DNA from: Lama glama
Taxonomy: Eukaryota
NCBI GenBank assembly: GCA_028534125.1
Contig: CM052816.1
Location: forward strand, 28,150,001-28,214,000
Direction of reading: 5' to 3'
Length of the DNA stretch: 64,000 nucleotides
The position numbers and the translations under genes were made by a program. Numbering within the stretch: the stretch's first letter is position 1; each line of letters starts with the position of its first letter. Under the pieces are notes generated by a model, which searched no databases, was not told the DNA's origin, and worked only from the letters and a program-made list of their open reading frames with translations. Positions 1 through 14,641 of this stretch are shown piece by piece.

Positions 1-1379
1 GGGAAATTAAAAGGCCTAGACTAGCCAAGATAATAGTGAAAAAGAATAAAGTTGCATTTTCACCACATTGTATCAATTGTTATTATATAACCACAGTAAC
101 TGAGATAGTGTGATACTGGTGCAAAGAAATCAGAAGAGACACTGGAGTTCACGTTCCATCAAAATGGAGAAACTTGAAAAACATCCTAGATATTCAATTG
201 AGAAAAAAAAGAAAGACAATGTCCTCTGAGTAAGGAACACGCTTTAGCAATAGGACAAAGCAAACAGACTCATCTAAAAGTCTTAAAAGGAATCGGGTGG
301 GCCAATGGATTTAATCATCAACCCCAAAATTTTTTAACCAACTTTAGATGAAAGTCACATAATCTAAAGCCTTCACAACATATTCCTTGCAATGACAGGC
401 ACAAAATAAATATTAGTAATCATGCTAAAATCTAGATATGGAAAGAAGAAAAGAAATGACTAACAACTGAGAAGTAATGAATATAATCCAACCCAAACAG
501 AACACAAACTTTAAAGTGAGCAAACACTTCAAAGTTGCCATGTTTACTTAATTTAAGAAATTAGATTAAAAAGCATGCAAACACAAAAAATAGACCATAT
601 CTTGGGAAGGATGCATACATTTCAAACTTTTTGCCCATTTGCAAACAGAAATGAAATGAACATCACTTGAACAATTTATTACAATGCAAGAAAAAATTCC
701 ACATAGTCCTTTATCTACTAAAGATACCGAATTTATATTTAAAATCTTCCCAGAAAGCAGCTCCAGGCACAAACAGCCCAGTGCATTCTAAACTAGTGAA
801 TTTGTTCAAACTTCCACAATAAATATTACCATCTTATATAGATTTTTAAAAGCCAGACACAAAACGCAAATATACTATAAAGTTTATTTACACAAAGTTC
901 AGGAACAACTATTGTATGATGATAGAATTGAGCTGTATGGACGTAAACATATATATAAAAATACACAATTTAAAACGTCCAGTAGAACACATACAAACTA
1001 TGGGTGACAACTACAGAGCAAAGGATTTGAGTAAGTATAGTCCTGATAGGATTGGTAGAGCAAAGTTATCAGGACAACATTTAGAAACTAGGTGTTACTG
1101 GAGACCACAGATTTTCAGTGGCACAATTTCAAGACTGTGAATTCCTCCTGCAGTGCTCAGCAGTTCTTACGTAGGGAATGTTAAGACTAAGGATTGCATT
1201 GATCCAAAGCTGAATAGATAAAGCTGGGTGCGCGGGATGCTTAATGGAGAAGACAAGGAGGGTTATTAACATGGAAAGGCTAGGCCAAAGAAAGAAAGGA
1301 AACTTAATCAAGATGAGTTACGTGGAGACAAGAGCTTTCTATCAGGAGAAAGTGTACAGAAATGTTAACAAGGTGGGTA

Positions 1380-2843
1380 CAAATTAATTGACCATATATG
1401 CTTGGGTTTATTTCACTGATCTATGAGTCATATTGTTTTGATTACTGTAGCTTTGTAATATAAAGTCAGGGAATGTGATGCCTCAGCTTTGCTCTTCTTT
1501 CTCAAGTTTGCTTTGGCTATTTGAAATTTTTTTGGTTCCATACAAATTTTAAGATTTTTTTCCTATTTGTGTGAAAAATGCCATTGGGATTTTTATAAAG
1601 ATTGCATTGCATCTGTAGACTGTTTTGGGTAACATAGACATTTTTACACCGTTAATTTTTCTCATAGAGGAGTATGGGAAAAATCTTTCCATTTATTTGC
1701 ATCTTTTTCAATTGTTTTCAGCAGTGTTTTATAGCTTTCAGTGCACAGGTCTTATTTTTAGGTATTTTATTCTTTTTGATGCAAGTGTAAATGGGATTAT
1801 TTTCTTCATTTCTCTTTCTGCTAGTTCGTTGTTAGTGTATAAAAATGCAAAAGATTTTTGTGTATTGATTTTGTGCCTTGTAATTTTATTGAATTCATTT
1901 ATTCTAAGAGTTTTCTGGCAGATTTTTTAGAGTTTTCTGTGTAAAACATCAAGTTTCTTAGTTTCCAACTTAATATGCTTTTTATTTTTTTTCTGCCTAA
2001 TTATTCTGGCTATGACTTCCAGTACTAAGAATGGAACTAGACCACTATTTTACACTATCCACAAAAATTAACTCAGAATGAATTAAAGACTTGAATATAA
2101 AAGCAGAATCCATAAAACTCCTAGAAGAAAACATAGGTGGTAGGCTCCTTGATTGCTGTTGGCAACATGTTTTTGGATCTGACTTCTTAGGCTATGGTAA
2201 CAAAAGCAAAAATAAAGAAATGGAACTACATCAAACTAAAAAGCTTCTGCACAGCAAAGGAAATCATCAACAAAATAAAAAGAAAACCTACTGAATGGGA
2301 GAAGATACTTGCACATTAAATATCTAAAAAAGAGTTAATATCCTATATATACAACTCATACTGGTCAGTAACAAAAATAAATAATCCAACTAAAAAATGA
2401 GCAGGGGATCTGAATATACATTTTTTCAAAGAAGACATGCAGATGGCCGCCAGGCATGTGAAACGATGCACAACATCACTAGTCTCCAGGGAAATGCAAA
2501 TCAAAACCACAGTGAAAGATTCCACACATTGGACTGGCTATTATCAAAAGGACAAGAAGTAACAAGTGTTAGTGAAACTCTGGAAAAGGAAACACTCTGC
2601 TACACTGTTGGTGGGAATGTAAATTGGAACAGCCACTATGGAAAACAGTATGGAGGCTCCTTAAAAAATTTAAAATAGTACTACATGTGATCCAGGAATC
2701 CCACTTTTGAATATTTATCTGAAGGAAATAAAAACACTAATTCAAAATGATACATGCACTTCTATGTTCATTACAGCATTATTTACAATTGCCAAGATTC
2801 TGAAACAAGATACTGTCCACTGAAAAATGGATAAAGAAAAAAA

Positions 2844-2883
<40 letters not shown>

Positions 2884-3362
2884 AATAGGATGCTACTGCC
2901 ATAAAAAAGAAATCTTGCCATTTGTGACATGGAGGGAACTTGAGGGTATTATGCTACAAGTGAAATAAGTCAGACAAAGACAAACATCATATGCTTTCCC
3001 TTACATGAGGAATCTGAAACAAACCTACCAACAAAATGACAAAACTGATACGCACAGAGAATAGACTGATGGTTGCTAGAGGACAGGGTGGTTTAGAGGT
3101 GGGTGAAATGGGTCAGAGGGATCAAGAGGTACTATCTTCCAGTTAAAAAATACGTAAGTAATGGGAATGTACTGTACAGCATGGTGACCAGAAAGTACAT
3201 CTTAAAAGTTCTCATCCCAAGAAAAGAAAATTTGTAATTTTGTATGGTGACAGATGGTAATTAGACTTATGGTGATCATTTCATAATGTATACAAATGTT
3301 AAATCATTATGTTACACATCTGAAACTATATAGTGTTTTATCACTTATACTTCAATTTAGAA
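1380..3362 (+). mobile_element. LINE-1, 5'-truncated with inverted 5' segment (about 1380-2026 minus, 2027-3362 plus)
   Basis: Degenerate ORF2 peptides ([17 protein letters not shown]) and an L1 3' UTR on plus; the immediately upstream ORF2 section lies on minus. Confidence 0.8.
2846..2884. repeat. (CA)n microsatellite
   Basis: Direct read. Confidence 0.95.
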
Positions 3363-5231
3363 AATGTGTAAAATTACTATTTAGGAAATAGGAGATTTAT
3401 AATATAAAGCCTTCAAGAAGACATTAGACAATAAAATAATCATTCTTAGATAAGAAGATGGACAGACATTATTTTCATAGGAAAGAGAATATTATGGATA
3501 AACGTGTAGATTCTTATGTTTGTTGTGAGGAAAGTATTAGAATTACAGTACATGTCTTCTCTTTTCTCTCTGAAGTAGGTGATAAAGTCAGGAGCTAAGA
3601 GTTGGGGTTAAGGCAAGTTGAATGTTTAAGGAAAGTGTGAACATTTTCATATAAAAATAGTCACTATCCATGCATAGGAGCACAGCTGACCAGTAGCCAT
3701 AGATTACTAGACATTGTGGGAACCCATTTGAAGTTGGTAATTTTGAACTGATTGTGTATCCAATCTCACTTTCTTTCTTTTTCCAACAATGGTCCTCACT
3801 ACTTAGCTTCAGGCAAATACAAAGGTTGCTAGTCAAAAGATAATGCGCCTCCTCCACCAAGATTAGAGAGAAGAAAGAAGAAAAAATGAGAGGTTGGAAT
3901 CGACAGAAGTGAAGACTGCTTAGACCTTATCTGTGAAGGAGAGTAACAGTCCAGACTAACCATGAGATATTATTCATTGTGATAAGGAATAAAGAGTAAA
4001 GATGGAAATAACATTACATTGGAGGTAAGATAATGACTTACCCTTTGGAGGTGTGGATTTTAATCTTTTCATAAGACCCTGGGATTGCAATATGCAGCAG
4101 AATGTTGAGTAAAATAAATCTCAAGGACAAAAGGATATTCTAACCTAACGATATCTTTGTCAAACATTTATTCAGAGTTAGTTTTTGATTGAAAACATAG
4201 GAACAAGTAAAAGTTCTCAGGAAGTAAAGTGAAAAAACAAGGCTACCAAGGAAGAAACTTGACCGTAATCTATTCTACCAAATAAACTGAAATAAAAGAT
4301 ATAAAAGTTTCAGAGTATCAAATTAGCCCTAAAATAGTATTTAGTTGTTGGAAGTGAAACTGAAATTTAGACCTTTATCATCTTCAGCCAAAGTACATAT
4401 TTATTGAAACTATTTAAACATAACTTAAAAATACACCTCATAAACCACTACTATATGATAACTTTCTACAAATACATTCTATAAATGTGTAAGACTGGAA
4501 CAGTGTGTACACATTTGAAAAGTAATATGAATTGAAGTACATGGGTATTCTTGATAATTAAGGCCCCTACTTTAAAGCTACCCTTAATTACTTTAGTTAA
4601 AAATGAAGTTCTGGGTAAGAGTCTAATTTTGTAATGAATCAAGTATTTTGTTTTCCCTGATTTGACTAATAAATAGTCTGTATCAAATTTATTCATGATG
4701 AAAGATATCTCTAACAAAGTTGCTAATTTGCTTATTTATTGCCTAATATATATTTAATGAAGTATGATATTCATTAATACTATTATTATATAATGCTACA
4801 TGGGCATTTAGACTATCATTCCAAATTTTTCATTCTTGTAATTTAGGGTTTAAATGACTTTAGATGCCAGAAGCCAATCCTGGCTTTGAAATAACAGTAA
4901 TGGTAGTAGTAAATCTTTCTCCAGACAAAGCAGAACATTTCTGTACTTTAAGCAAAATTGTGGTATTTGACATTTAGTGACAATAATATAGGTTTATCAG
5001 GTTTTTATAATTTTAATTCTATTCATAGTAATTTGGAGGAAAATTTTAATTTGCTGATTTCCCATTTAATATTTTAATATTAAAACTTACACATTTTAGA
5101 ATTGAATCACTTAATATGTGCCATTCCTTTAGTAAAGTCAATGCACTGTGTTAAGTGTGCTAAAATTCTGTTCTTTTATGTTTTAATTCAAAGGCTAGAT
5201 AAGGATTAGGTGAAAATTTAGATTTGATTTT

Positions 5232-5347
5232 TTTGTGAGGAGGGGAAGCTAATTAGGTTTATTTATCTATTTAAATAGAGGTACTGGAGATTGAACCCAG
5301 GACCTTGTGCATGTTAAGCATAAACTCTACCACTGATACCCTCCCCC
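5232..5347 (-). mobile_element. tRNA-derived SINE (camelid vic-1-like)
   Basis: Minus strand reads cagtggtagag…ggttcaat (A/B boxes) with tail aaataaacctaattag; TSD tagatttgatttt at 5219-5231 and 5348-5360. Confidence 0.85.
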
Positions 5348-6012
5348 TAGATTTGATTTTGGGGAAAGATAAAATATTGATGCATTAACTACTAAATATA
5401 GATTTATAGTAGACATAACATAAAGCGTAATTGTTGTTGAAAAGTTAATTTGTAAACTTTTTATCCTACATATATTTAATTTACTTATTAACAATCATAT
5501 TTAGATTATTCATAAAATTTCATGACATTAAATAGCTAACCATTATCTTGTTAGCTTTCTTGCTGATGAATTTTATAACAGAGGTAACATGAGTTTAATT
5601 GACTTTCAGTAAACCTAGAGAGAATAAAAGTTGTAAGACTGCATTACATTTAATATTGATAGCTCTAAAGACATATCTATTTTAATCAAACCAACCAACA
5701 AGCAAGCTTTTATTTATTGACAGATTATGCTACATTATGAGAACTTAAAAATGTTTGGGTTAGTTTGTTGGGCCAGCTGACATCTTTCAAAGTCCAAGGA
5801 CTCAACAGATTAAGTACATTCTTTACTGGGCATGTTTCCCCTAACAAACTAATAGCCCTACTTAATACCTAATCTTTCGAGAGCTCAGGCTGGCTGGTTT
5901 CAGCTCACCTTATCAGTCATAACCCCACTGCTCTTCACAGACCCTAAACTTCTTACACCACCTACAACCAATAAGAGACTTGCACACAAGTCAATCAGGC
6001 ACCTTATGACAC

Positions 6013-6646
6013 TGAGACAGGAAGAGGGCAGGGCACAGCCATTCAAGGAATCCTACAGCAATTAACATGAAAATGGTGAAAGATTCAACCCCCAGTAGGC
6101 CTTGAGGCTCAGGATGATGAGAGATTTAACTTCTAGTAGATCTTGAGCTTCATTATACGCCCACTGTAATATATTAACATGGTGAATAACACGCCCACAG
6201 GCACCATGACAGTCCCAAGGCTAGCCACAAAAGGTCAAAGAGTGGGAAATGGACAACTTCCTGGGAATCCAAGCCCCTTCCCCAGGTTACTTAGACTGGT
6301 CCTTTCACTTATTAGTATACGAAACCACCAAGCCCATAAAAACTAGTAACACAGAACCTTGCAGCGGCCCCTCTCTCTCCCCCTCTTCGGAGATGGCCCA
6401 CATTCTGTCTAAGGAATGTGTGCCTACTTGTAATCTGAGCACCCAACCCCCACACCTCATGGCCTTTCTCTTGCCTTTCAATGTATCTCTCTGAATAAAT
6501 CTACCTTTACTCAACTGTGGCTCACTCTTGAATTCTTTCCTGTGCGAAGCCAAGGACCCATTCTTGGCGGGGCACGTCCCAGGGGCTCAACCTATGCCTG
6601 GGACACAGCCCTCCTCCTCACGCCCCACATCTGTTTTCCTGCATCA
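6013..6646 (+). mobile_element. Solo ERV1-type LTR nested in the older ERV
   Basis: TG…CA ends with imperfect inverted repeats (tgagacagga / tcctgcatca), AATAAA 6494-6499, 4-bp TSD acac/acgc (CpG-type mismatch). Confidence 0.8.
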
Positions 6647-9600
6647 ACGCTACCTTAGAAAACACCCCCACCCCCAATAAACAGCCCTCTATTTTTCCCA
6701 TAGATTTTAAAAAGCTTTTATTCATTTAGTTTCCAAATAACCTTTCTCTCCCCACCCCCCTTTAGTTTTCCCTTGGCTGTTTATGGGAATAAATGGTAGT
6801 AGTTTACTGCAGAATCCCTACGAGTCTCATTAACCGTGGAAAGTGCCAATATGGGGGCACCACCAACTTGACAGACTTTTGTTTACTGTCTTACAGCCTC
6901 TTCAAAGAGGAAAGGAAGTTCAGACGGGGGATTAGTAGACTATGAGTGCTGTATCACAGAAGAATAGAGTGAAGTAGTAGCAGTCACATGAGTCTTACTG
7001 TCTTTTGCTTTAGGTACCTCTTGTGTCTTTAACTTTTGCAATGGATCTTGCAGTGAAGCTATTCTGGAATACTGAAGTCTTTTTGGAGTCACCTGCATGC
7101 CAGTTAAAATAGGTATCCCATTCTGTTGTTTGATTTGGGAACACTTGCTTTCAAGTGCACTTCTTAAATGAACTACCTTTCTAAGTGGAACATTCCTTAT
7201 CATGGCCACTGCAATTCTAGGTTGTCTTAATAAAATTTTTCCATCTTTTAAGATATCTACAGTTTCCTGGACCCGGGTTCATAGTTATAAAATATGCAGG
7301 TATGCCAAAAGATTGCTAATTCTTTGTAAGTTGAGGATCCTATTTCTTTCGCTAAGTTTTGGGTCTCTTGGAAGATTAATACCTAGGAGGGATATGCCAC
7401 TGGGTTGGGTATTTTGTAGTGCTGTTCACTGTACCTTGTTGCATGGAAACTTTCTTTATGTTGGTGGATAACCTAGTATAAATATAACCCATTCAGTGAC
7501 CAACTGAATCTAGCCAGAGTCAGCTTTTTTAACTTCAGAAAATAGTTCAGTACAATAGTTTTGTTAAAAAACTCATTTACAGGAGGTACTTACCAATTTG
7601 CTCCTGATAATACATGAAAACATGTAACTAAGTAAGTCATGCACAATAAATCCAAGGCAAATTATATACAAAGATGAAAAATAAGTTTTTAAGCAGCATA
7701 AGCTCATATTTAAAGGACTCATACTGAAAGAAGACAGGGCACTTTTCTTAGAACGCCATGGCAAGGATGACACTATCAGCCGTTATTTTTCACCTGCAGT
7801 AGATTAACCACCAATCAGCAACACTGCTAAGACAGCCACATCAAGAAAGGTCACACTGTTCACGTCAAACACTTAATGCAAATACATATCCAGCTGGAAA
7901 AACAAATAGTTTCAAATGCAATGTCCGGTAGGACTTTCTGCTGGGTGGGGCTGTCAGGACCCAGGCTTGCTCACTAGAAGGGATTACACCATTCTGATTC
8001 TCGCATCATCAGAGTAGGTGAGTGGTGAACCAACAGGTGAACATGACACGTGAGAAATGGCATCATACTTAACTGGAAGCAATAACGTTCAGGTGTGACG
8101 GTAAAGTATCTTGCAGGGGGACCATGTCTTAATCCATGTGTCGTATGAGCAGGGTGGGAGCAGTCCCTGACCCCAGCTGCTTCTGGCACACCTCTTCTAC
8201 AAGCTTACAGTTTTTAGACTCTGTCACCACTACAAATATCTGCTAAATCGAGCATTTTACAAAGATAGCAGGAAAGTAAACTTACAGTAACAATGAGATT
8301 TCTTGCCAAAGGCCAGGCAGAAAGCTTACGAAGCCCTTGACCCAGAGTGGAGCTCACCCCTCCCCTGGATGGCCAAGGACGAGTTCCACACCCATGAACA
8401 CGGAGCAGGGGCTGACTGTGGGGACAGAGTGCATGCTCCCCGAGTGACAGGCATGTTCACTCCAATCAGCGGATGTCTGGACACCAGTGGGAGGGACCAG
8501 AGTAATGAAGGAGGAGAATATTTAAGCCTGAGTTTCTGATTAACATCAAGCCCTTTTTGCTTATAAAGGAGGTGACAAAAAAAATCTCAAATGGTGCAGT
8601 AATCTTCATACATTTGTTTTCCTCCCCAAATTAGCTAAGGGTTGAAAAGCATTCACTACAAACTGCTAGTTCTAACAACTGTCAACTTATTAATGCACAT
8701 TTGCACCTCTGTGATAATTCAAATTCACTGTGTGCTCGGAAAAATGGACTCTGCAATTAGGCAGCCCTGCCCTTGTCCAAGTCTTTTAAATCCTTACTCA
8801 CCATGGTCATTTCCTGTCACAGAAGTATAATCCCCTCTAACCAGACAGTCTGCCAGCAGTATATTTTCATCAGTTAAGATGGTTTCCAAAAATCACAGAA
8901 AATCTGTCACTCTTCCTAGTTCTTAGCTCTTTCAAGAATCCTATCAGCAATAGATTTGTTACTCCTTTCATGAGACAATTCCTTTATAGTGGCTGACTTT
9001 GTATTGGCTTTTAATAGCAAAAACTTCGACCTACTTAGATTTTGATGTATCATTGCTCAAAATGAGTCCAAATTTCTTGTCTTACATCCCTAAGTCCTCC
9101 AGCAGTTGCGGACTTACCTCCAAGCTTTATGAGTCCCCTAACAGCTAACTTCTTGCTTGCTTTAGACTAAAGGGTGAACATTATTTTCCCTTGAAGCAAT
9201 CCTCCTGAATGCAATCTGACTTACTGTTTCTGGCTGCCTGAGCATTAGATCCTCAGACCTATCAAGACCTACTTCTCAGAGGCACTTACCTTGCAGATGA
9301 GTTCGGCCAAAAATCCAAATGTAGCCCACTAAGTACCACCATAAAAATCCAGAGTCTCTTACACTTCAATTTTTACCCTGTGGAAAATCTAGGGAATCTT
9401 GCACCACCTTTTTCTACCTGGAAGGATCAGAACAAACTGGAAGAGCTCTGAACACAAAATAAGTAGAGCTCGACTGGAAAGAAGCTCACCAGAGATCCCA
9501 GGCAGCATCTGAGAGGCAGCCAAACAAAAGGGCTCTGTGGTGCCTTCACCTGCGTGTAGGAGCCTTCCCCAGAATCTTCCGTAGCTGTCTTTCGATTTCC

Positions 9601-11201
9601 TTTATTCAAGGGAAAGCAGTCCATACACTGGGGGAGTACAATGCCTCGTAAGTGGAGCACTGCTCCCGAGGCATTTGGGCAAAGAAAGTTTTAAAGAGGT
9701 TAAGAGGCAATGTGGAAATAGGACATGACTGGCTAGGAGGTCAGAGGTTTCTTGCTAAGGGTAGCAGGTTCTGTTTCCTCTAGTGAGATTACCTAGCTAA
9801 AGCTGAGTTGGTGGATTCCGACTGGCGTTGATGAGGACTTTTTGACAGGTGTTTCTTGTAAGTGCAGACTAGGGGGCAGCCCCCATATTGTGGGTCCTCA
9901 TAAACTAATTAACTTTCTCAGGCCCCATGTGTAGAAGATCCTTTAATGATTCTTAGTACTCTTTTAATCTCTAGGACCTGAGTATTTATCCTAATATTTC
10001 CATGGCATTGGGGTGTATGTCACATATGAGATACATGATTTTCAGTGAGATACAGAAATTTGTAAAAAAAAAAAAAGCTATTGCATTATCATAGTTTTGT
10101 TTGTTTGTTTGTTTTTGGTGTGCTGATATGACAGGAGTAAGAAGGCTCAGAATTTATAGGAAGTATTTCCTCCAAAAGATGCACCAGATACCAGATTTTT
10201 ACTGAATTAGCTTGGTTATAGTTTGGAAAGACTCATATATCAAGGAAGAAAGCTGAAACTGAGCTTTCAAGGACTCAGAATCACACTTATTGACTTAACT
10301 GAAATTGCGTTTCTGAGGCTTCCTAAATTTTGAATATGTGCATATGAGAGAGAAAGGTTGGACTCATTGTTAAATACTTCTATATTTGTTAAGAGCACCA
10401 AAAAGATTTTGCCTACTTTTCTAGGACAATCTTCACACTATGCAAAGCAATTTAAACTTCAAGGCTGATCATCTGTCCACAGTTGGCCATTAAACTCACA
10501 GACCAAATCTGAAAAACATTTGTAAGTATTTAGCCACTCCTGAATAGCTTTCACAGCTAGCCTAAATCATTTTATCCAAGTGGTAATTGTTTCATTGTCC
10601 CAAGACATTTAAAGCTATTAAAGTCTAATGACCCAAGTCTTGTTTTTCCTATAAAGGTGGAAACTTTTTTTTGATGCTCTAGCCTTTTCTTTGTTAGTGT
10701 TTAACTGGCTACCAAGTTTTATAAAATATACAATTATATCTATCTATGGAGCACGAGCCAAATAAATTCAGTAAAATCATAGGTGTGTTCATTTTAGGCT
10801 CATTATTGACTTTTCTGAAAATGCTTTATATACTGAAAATAGTCATTTTCATGTTCAAATGAAAGAGGTAAGGGTACAACCAAGTGATTTGAAAACCCAC
10901 ATGTAGCAGTCCTATTTTTGTGGTTTATTTTGCTACTAAGATTTTCGGTGTATACTGTACCAAAGACTTTTGGCCTCTTTTGATAAAAACTTTTGTCACA
11001 ATCATGAAAAAGTGGTATTCATGGGAACCATATTATAATTTTCAGGTAATTATCTCTCTTATATGAGTGCAAATGTGATCCATGTGGGGCAAATTGATGT
11101 CCTTCAAAGTCCAACAACCCCCATTCTTGTACTAACCCAAATGTCACCAGCTCACTGACCAGCTGCCGTGTTTTGTGTCCCAGAACAGTCCAGACTTTCT
11201 T

Positions 11202-11350
11202 TCGTTTTTTTTTTTTTTTTCAGGGGCGGTTGGAGGTAATTAGATGTGTTTATCTAATTATTTTCTCAACAGAGGTTTTGGGGGTTGAACCCAGGGCGTC
11301 ATCCATGCTAAGCACTCACTCTACCACTTAAGCTATAACCTTCCTGCTTC
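11202..11350 (-). mobile_element. tRNA-derived SINE (camelid vic-1-like)
   Basis: A/B boxes, poly(T) on plus, TSD ccagactttctt at 11190-11201 and 11351-11362. Confidence 0.85.
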
Positions 11351-12784
11351 CCAGACTTTCTTATTTGCATTTTCTCCCTCTATGGAACACTCTGTCATTT
11401 ACCTTGTGAGAAGGCAATGTTATAAATGGTAGTTAGCCTATCAAAATTTAAAAGAAAACATGATGGAAGATGGATTATTAAAAGCACATAATTTTGGTAA
11501 TTACCCTGGAAATTATTTAAATTCTCCTTTTACTATGTTTAATTTTAGATATTTTAACTTTTCAAGTATCATTAGCTCAAATATTACGCTAACTAAAAAG
11601 GAAATCCAATGGAGAAATGTAAATAAAATCACACTATGATTAACCAAAGTAGTGAATGACTTGGGAGAGAATCATGGAGTTCAAACTAAATGCTACACTT
11701 CTTTATTTTTCCTGGGGAAAATAATCAGGAAAAATATCCATATTTATTTATTCCTTTATGGTTTAATCATTTAAATTCTCATTAATAAATTTATCAAGTT
11801 GAGTCAAGACAGATTACACTGTAATTACATCCATTATATTTCATTAGCACCAATAGAGAACAAGGACCAAATCCAACAATTAACTTGAATAGTAAGATAT
11901 TTTATGAAAATTAGAGCATGTTCTAAATCTCACTAGGCTGCTTAGTTTACATGCTTATTACAATGTCTTTTGCTTATATAATATTATAATTCATTATTTT
12001 GATATTTGCAGGAAAAAAGCATAAAGGATATTATTTTAGCCTACTTCATTAATTTTTAAATCACTTATTGTTATTTAATTCAACAAATAGTCACTTATTT
12101 TTTACTATGTGGCAGTTATCATAGTAAAGGTTGAGTATATGTTGATGAAATAGAAAAGAAAATGCTGCCATTTAAAATTAGTGACAAATCCATAATAATA
12201 ATAAAGTGAAATAACTTTAATATAATAAAAATATTTCAGTAAATTCTAGACCAATTCAGTTTTCACTTGGTGGTCAAAAACACTACTTTGTCTCACAGAA
12301 GAAATACAAATAAGGAATTAATACAATTTTACTCTGGTGTTTGAGAAACCGTTAACTGAGACCTTGTGTGCAAGTCTGCATTCTTTTGATACTGCTTCAG
12401 CTTTTCATAATCAGGAACAATTGACTATTATTAAACATGGAAACTCTAGTTTTAAAGGATGTCTAAAAAGTTAGACTTGCTTCCATTACCATATCTTTAT
12501 AACAAGGTGAAAATTTCTAACATATGGTATAGCTCCTTAATGTGTTACTTTGGGTTAACGTTGAAAATTAATCCTAACAACTGCCATTTTTCAATGTTTA
12601 AAAATCTCCCAGAAAGATCAGACAAAATAATATAAATTAAAGAATTCTAGAAGATAGCCCCATATTTAATGGGCCTTAATATCCAGGTCCAATAGAAATA
12701 AATCATAAACTTTCAGTGAAAATTCCCCCCATGTCTTCATTGGACTGTGGTTCTGCTTGAATTTCTGAGTTAAAAAGAATAGCT

Positions 12785-13966
12785 CTTCAAAACTGTTCTC
12801 CTAGAGCAGTCTACCCAAGCAATAGAAATAAAAGCAAGAATTAACGAATGGGACCTAATGAAACTTACAAGCTTCTGCAGAGCAAAGGAAACCAGAAGTA
12901 AAACAAAATGACAACCTACAGAATGGGAGAAAATTTTTGCACAAGATGATACCAACAAAGGCTTGATCTCCAGAATATATAAGCAGCTCATAAAATTTAA
13001 TCAGAAAAAAACAAACAACCCAATCCAAAAATGGGCAGAAGACCCTAAGCAAGCAAGTCTCCAAGGAAGAAATACAAATGACCAATAGGCACATGAAAAA
13101 TTGCTCAATATCACTAATTATCAGAGAAATGCAAATCAAAACTACAATGAGGTATCACCTCACACCAGTCAGAATGGCTGTCATTCAAAAGTCCACAAAT
13201 GACAAATGCTGGAGAGGCTGTGGAGAAAAAAGGGAACCCTCCTGCACTGCTGGTGGGAATGCAGTTTGGTGCAGCCACTGTGGAAAACAGTATGGAGATT
13301 CCTCAAAAGACTAGGAATAGACTTACCCTATGACCCAGGAATCCCACTCCTGGGCATCTATCCAGACGGAACCCTACTTCAAAGAGACACCTGCACCCCA
13401 ATGTTCATAGCAGCACTATCTACAATAGCTAAGAGATGGGAACAGCCTAAATGTCCATCAACGGATGACTGGAAAAAGAAGAAGTGGTATATTTATACAA
13501 TGGAATACTATTCAGCCTTAAAAACCGATAACATAATGACATTTGCAGCAACATGGATGTTCCTGGAGAATGTCATTCTAAGTGAAGTAAACCAGAAAGA
13601 CAACGAAAAATACCATATGAGATCGCTCATATGTGGAATCTAAAAAAAAAATAAATAAATAAATATGAAACAGAAACAGGCTCACAGACATAGAATACAA
13701 ATTTGTGGTTGCCAGAGGGGAGAGGGGTGGGAAAGGACAGACTGGGAATTCAAAATTTGTAGATACCGACAGGCATATGTAGAATAGTAAACAAGATTCA
13801 CTATATAGCACAGGGAAATATACACAAGATCTTGTGGTAGCTCACAGTGAAAGAGAATGTGACAATGAATCTTTGTATGTTCATGTATAACTGACAAGTT
13901 GTGCTCTACACTGGAAACTGATACAACATTGTAAACTGACTATAACTCAATAAAATAATAAGATAA
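12785..13966 (+). mobile_element. Young 5'-truncated LINE-1 (ORF2 C-terminus + 3' UTR)
   Basis: ORF2 peptides ([20 protein letters not shown]…TCTPMFIAAL…WYIYTMEYYS), A-rich tail, TSD aaaaagaatagct at 12772-12784 and 13967-13979. Confidence 0.95.
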
Positions 13967-14081
13967 AAAAAGAATAGCTGTATGGACATCAATTAAAACT
14001 GAGATAGTAATTAATTTGAAATGGCCTAGAAATTCCTATACATTTAAGCATTTTTTTATTACTCCCTCTTTAGGCTTGTAC

Positions 14082-14641
14082 TCTTAAAAGTGAGCAGGGT
14101 CCTACAGGGCCCTCCCAAGTACAAAAAGCCTTCTCTTGGCCCCCATTTCTTGTTTCTAAAAAGGCTTCAACCTCCTAGACCTTCCCTGAGTTCTAAAGGG
14201 CAGACTCAACAGTTACTAATTATGGAAGTGAGAAAACACAGAATCAGCGGGAAAACAGTCAAGAAACAACAGTGCAGGGATAAAGGAGAGTCCTAGCTCT
14301 TCCTCCACGAATATATAATCTGATACTATCTTTGAGTTCTCATACAGGAACTAAGGCCCTGCCAAGGTGGAGGATGGTAACTTCAGGCTTCCTGGACCAC
14401 CACCCTGTTACCTCACCACCAACCAATCACAAGAAAGTCACACACCCTGCAGCCCTCACCCCAAATTTTATCTTTAAAAACTCTTCCCCAGAAACCATCA
14501 GGGAGTTTCGGTTCTTTGAGCATGAGCCACCTGTACTCCTTGCTTGGCCCTTGCAATAAACCTTTCTCAGTTCTAAATTCTGACATTCTGATTTTTTTGG
14601 CTTCACTGTGCATCAGACACAGGAACTTGGGTTTGACAACA
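14082..14641 (+). mobile_element. Solo ERV LTR
   Basis: CCAAT box, TATA-like tttaaaa, AATAAA 14555-14560, 3' end …gacaaca; flanked by tact on both sides. Confidence 0.7.

Larger units (their letters stand above)
4450..9960 (-). mobile_element. Decayed class I (ERV1-type) endogenous retrovirus internal region with LTR-like segment at about 9590-9960; boundaries approximate
   Basis: Frameshifted gag matrix-like remnant at about 7090-7345 minus (GSSTYK…GIPAYF…GPGNCRYL…LQWP..G.F…VVHLRSALES…WDTYFNW); AATAAA on minus at 9601-9606. Confidence 0.55.

Noticed and set aside
5232..5347. tRNA gene (also 11202-11350, 45530-45620)
   Set aside because: A/B boxes are present, but tails, TSDs and divergence indicate SINEs.
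13206..13643. 145-aa ORF and similar ORFs at 21879-22526, 46273-47336, 48026-48208, 62794-63572
   Set aside because: Fragments of LINE-1 ORF2, not host genes.
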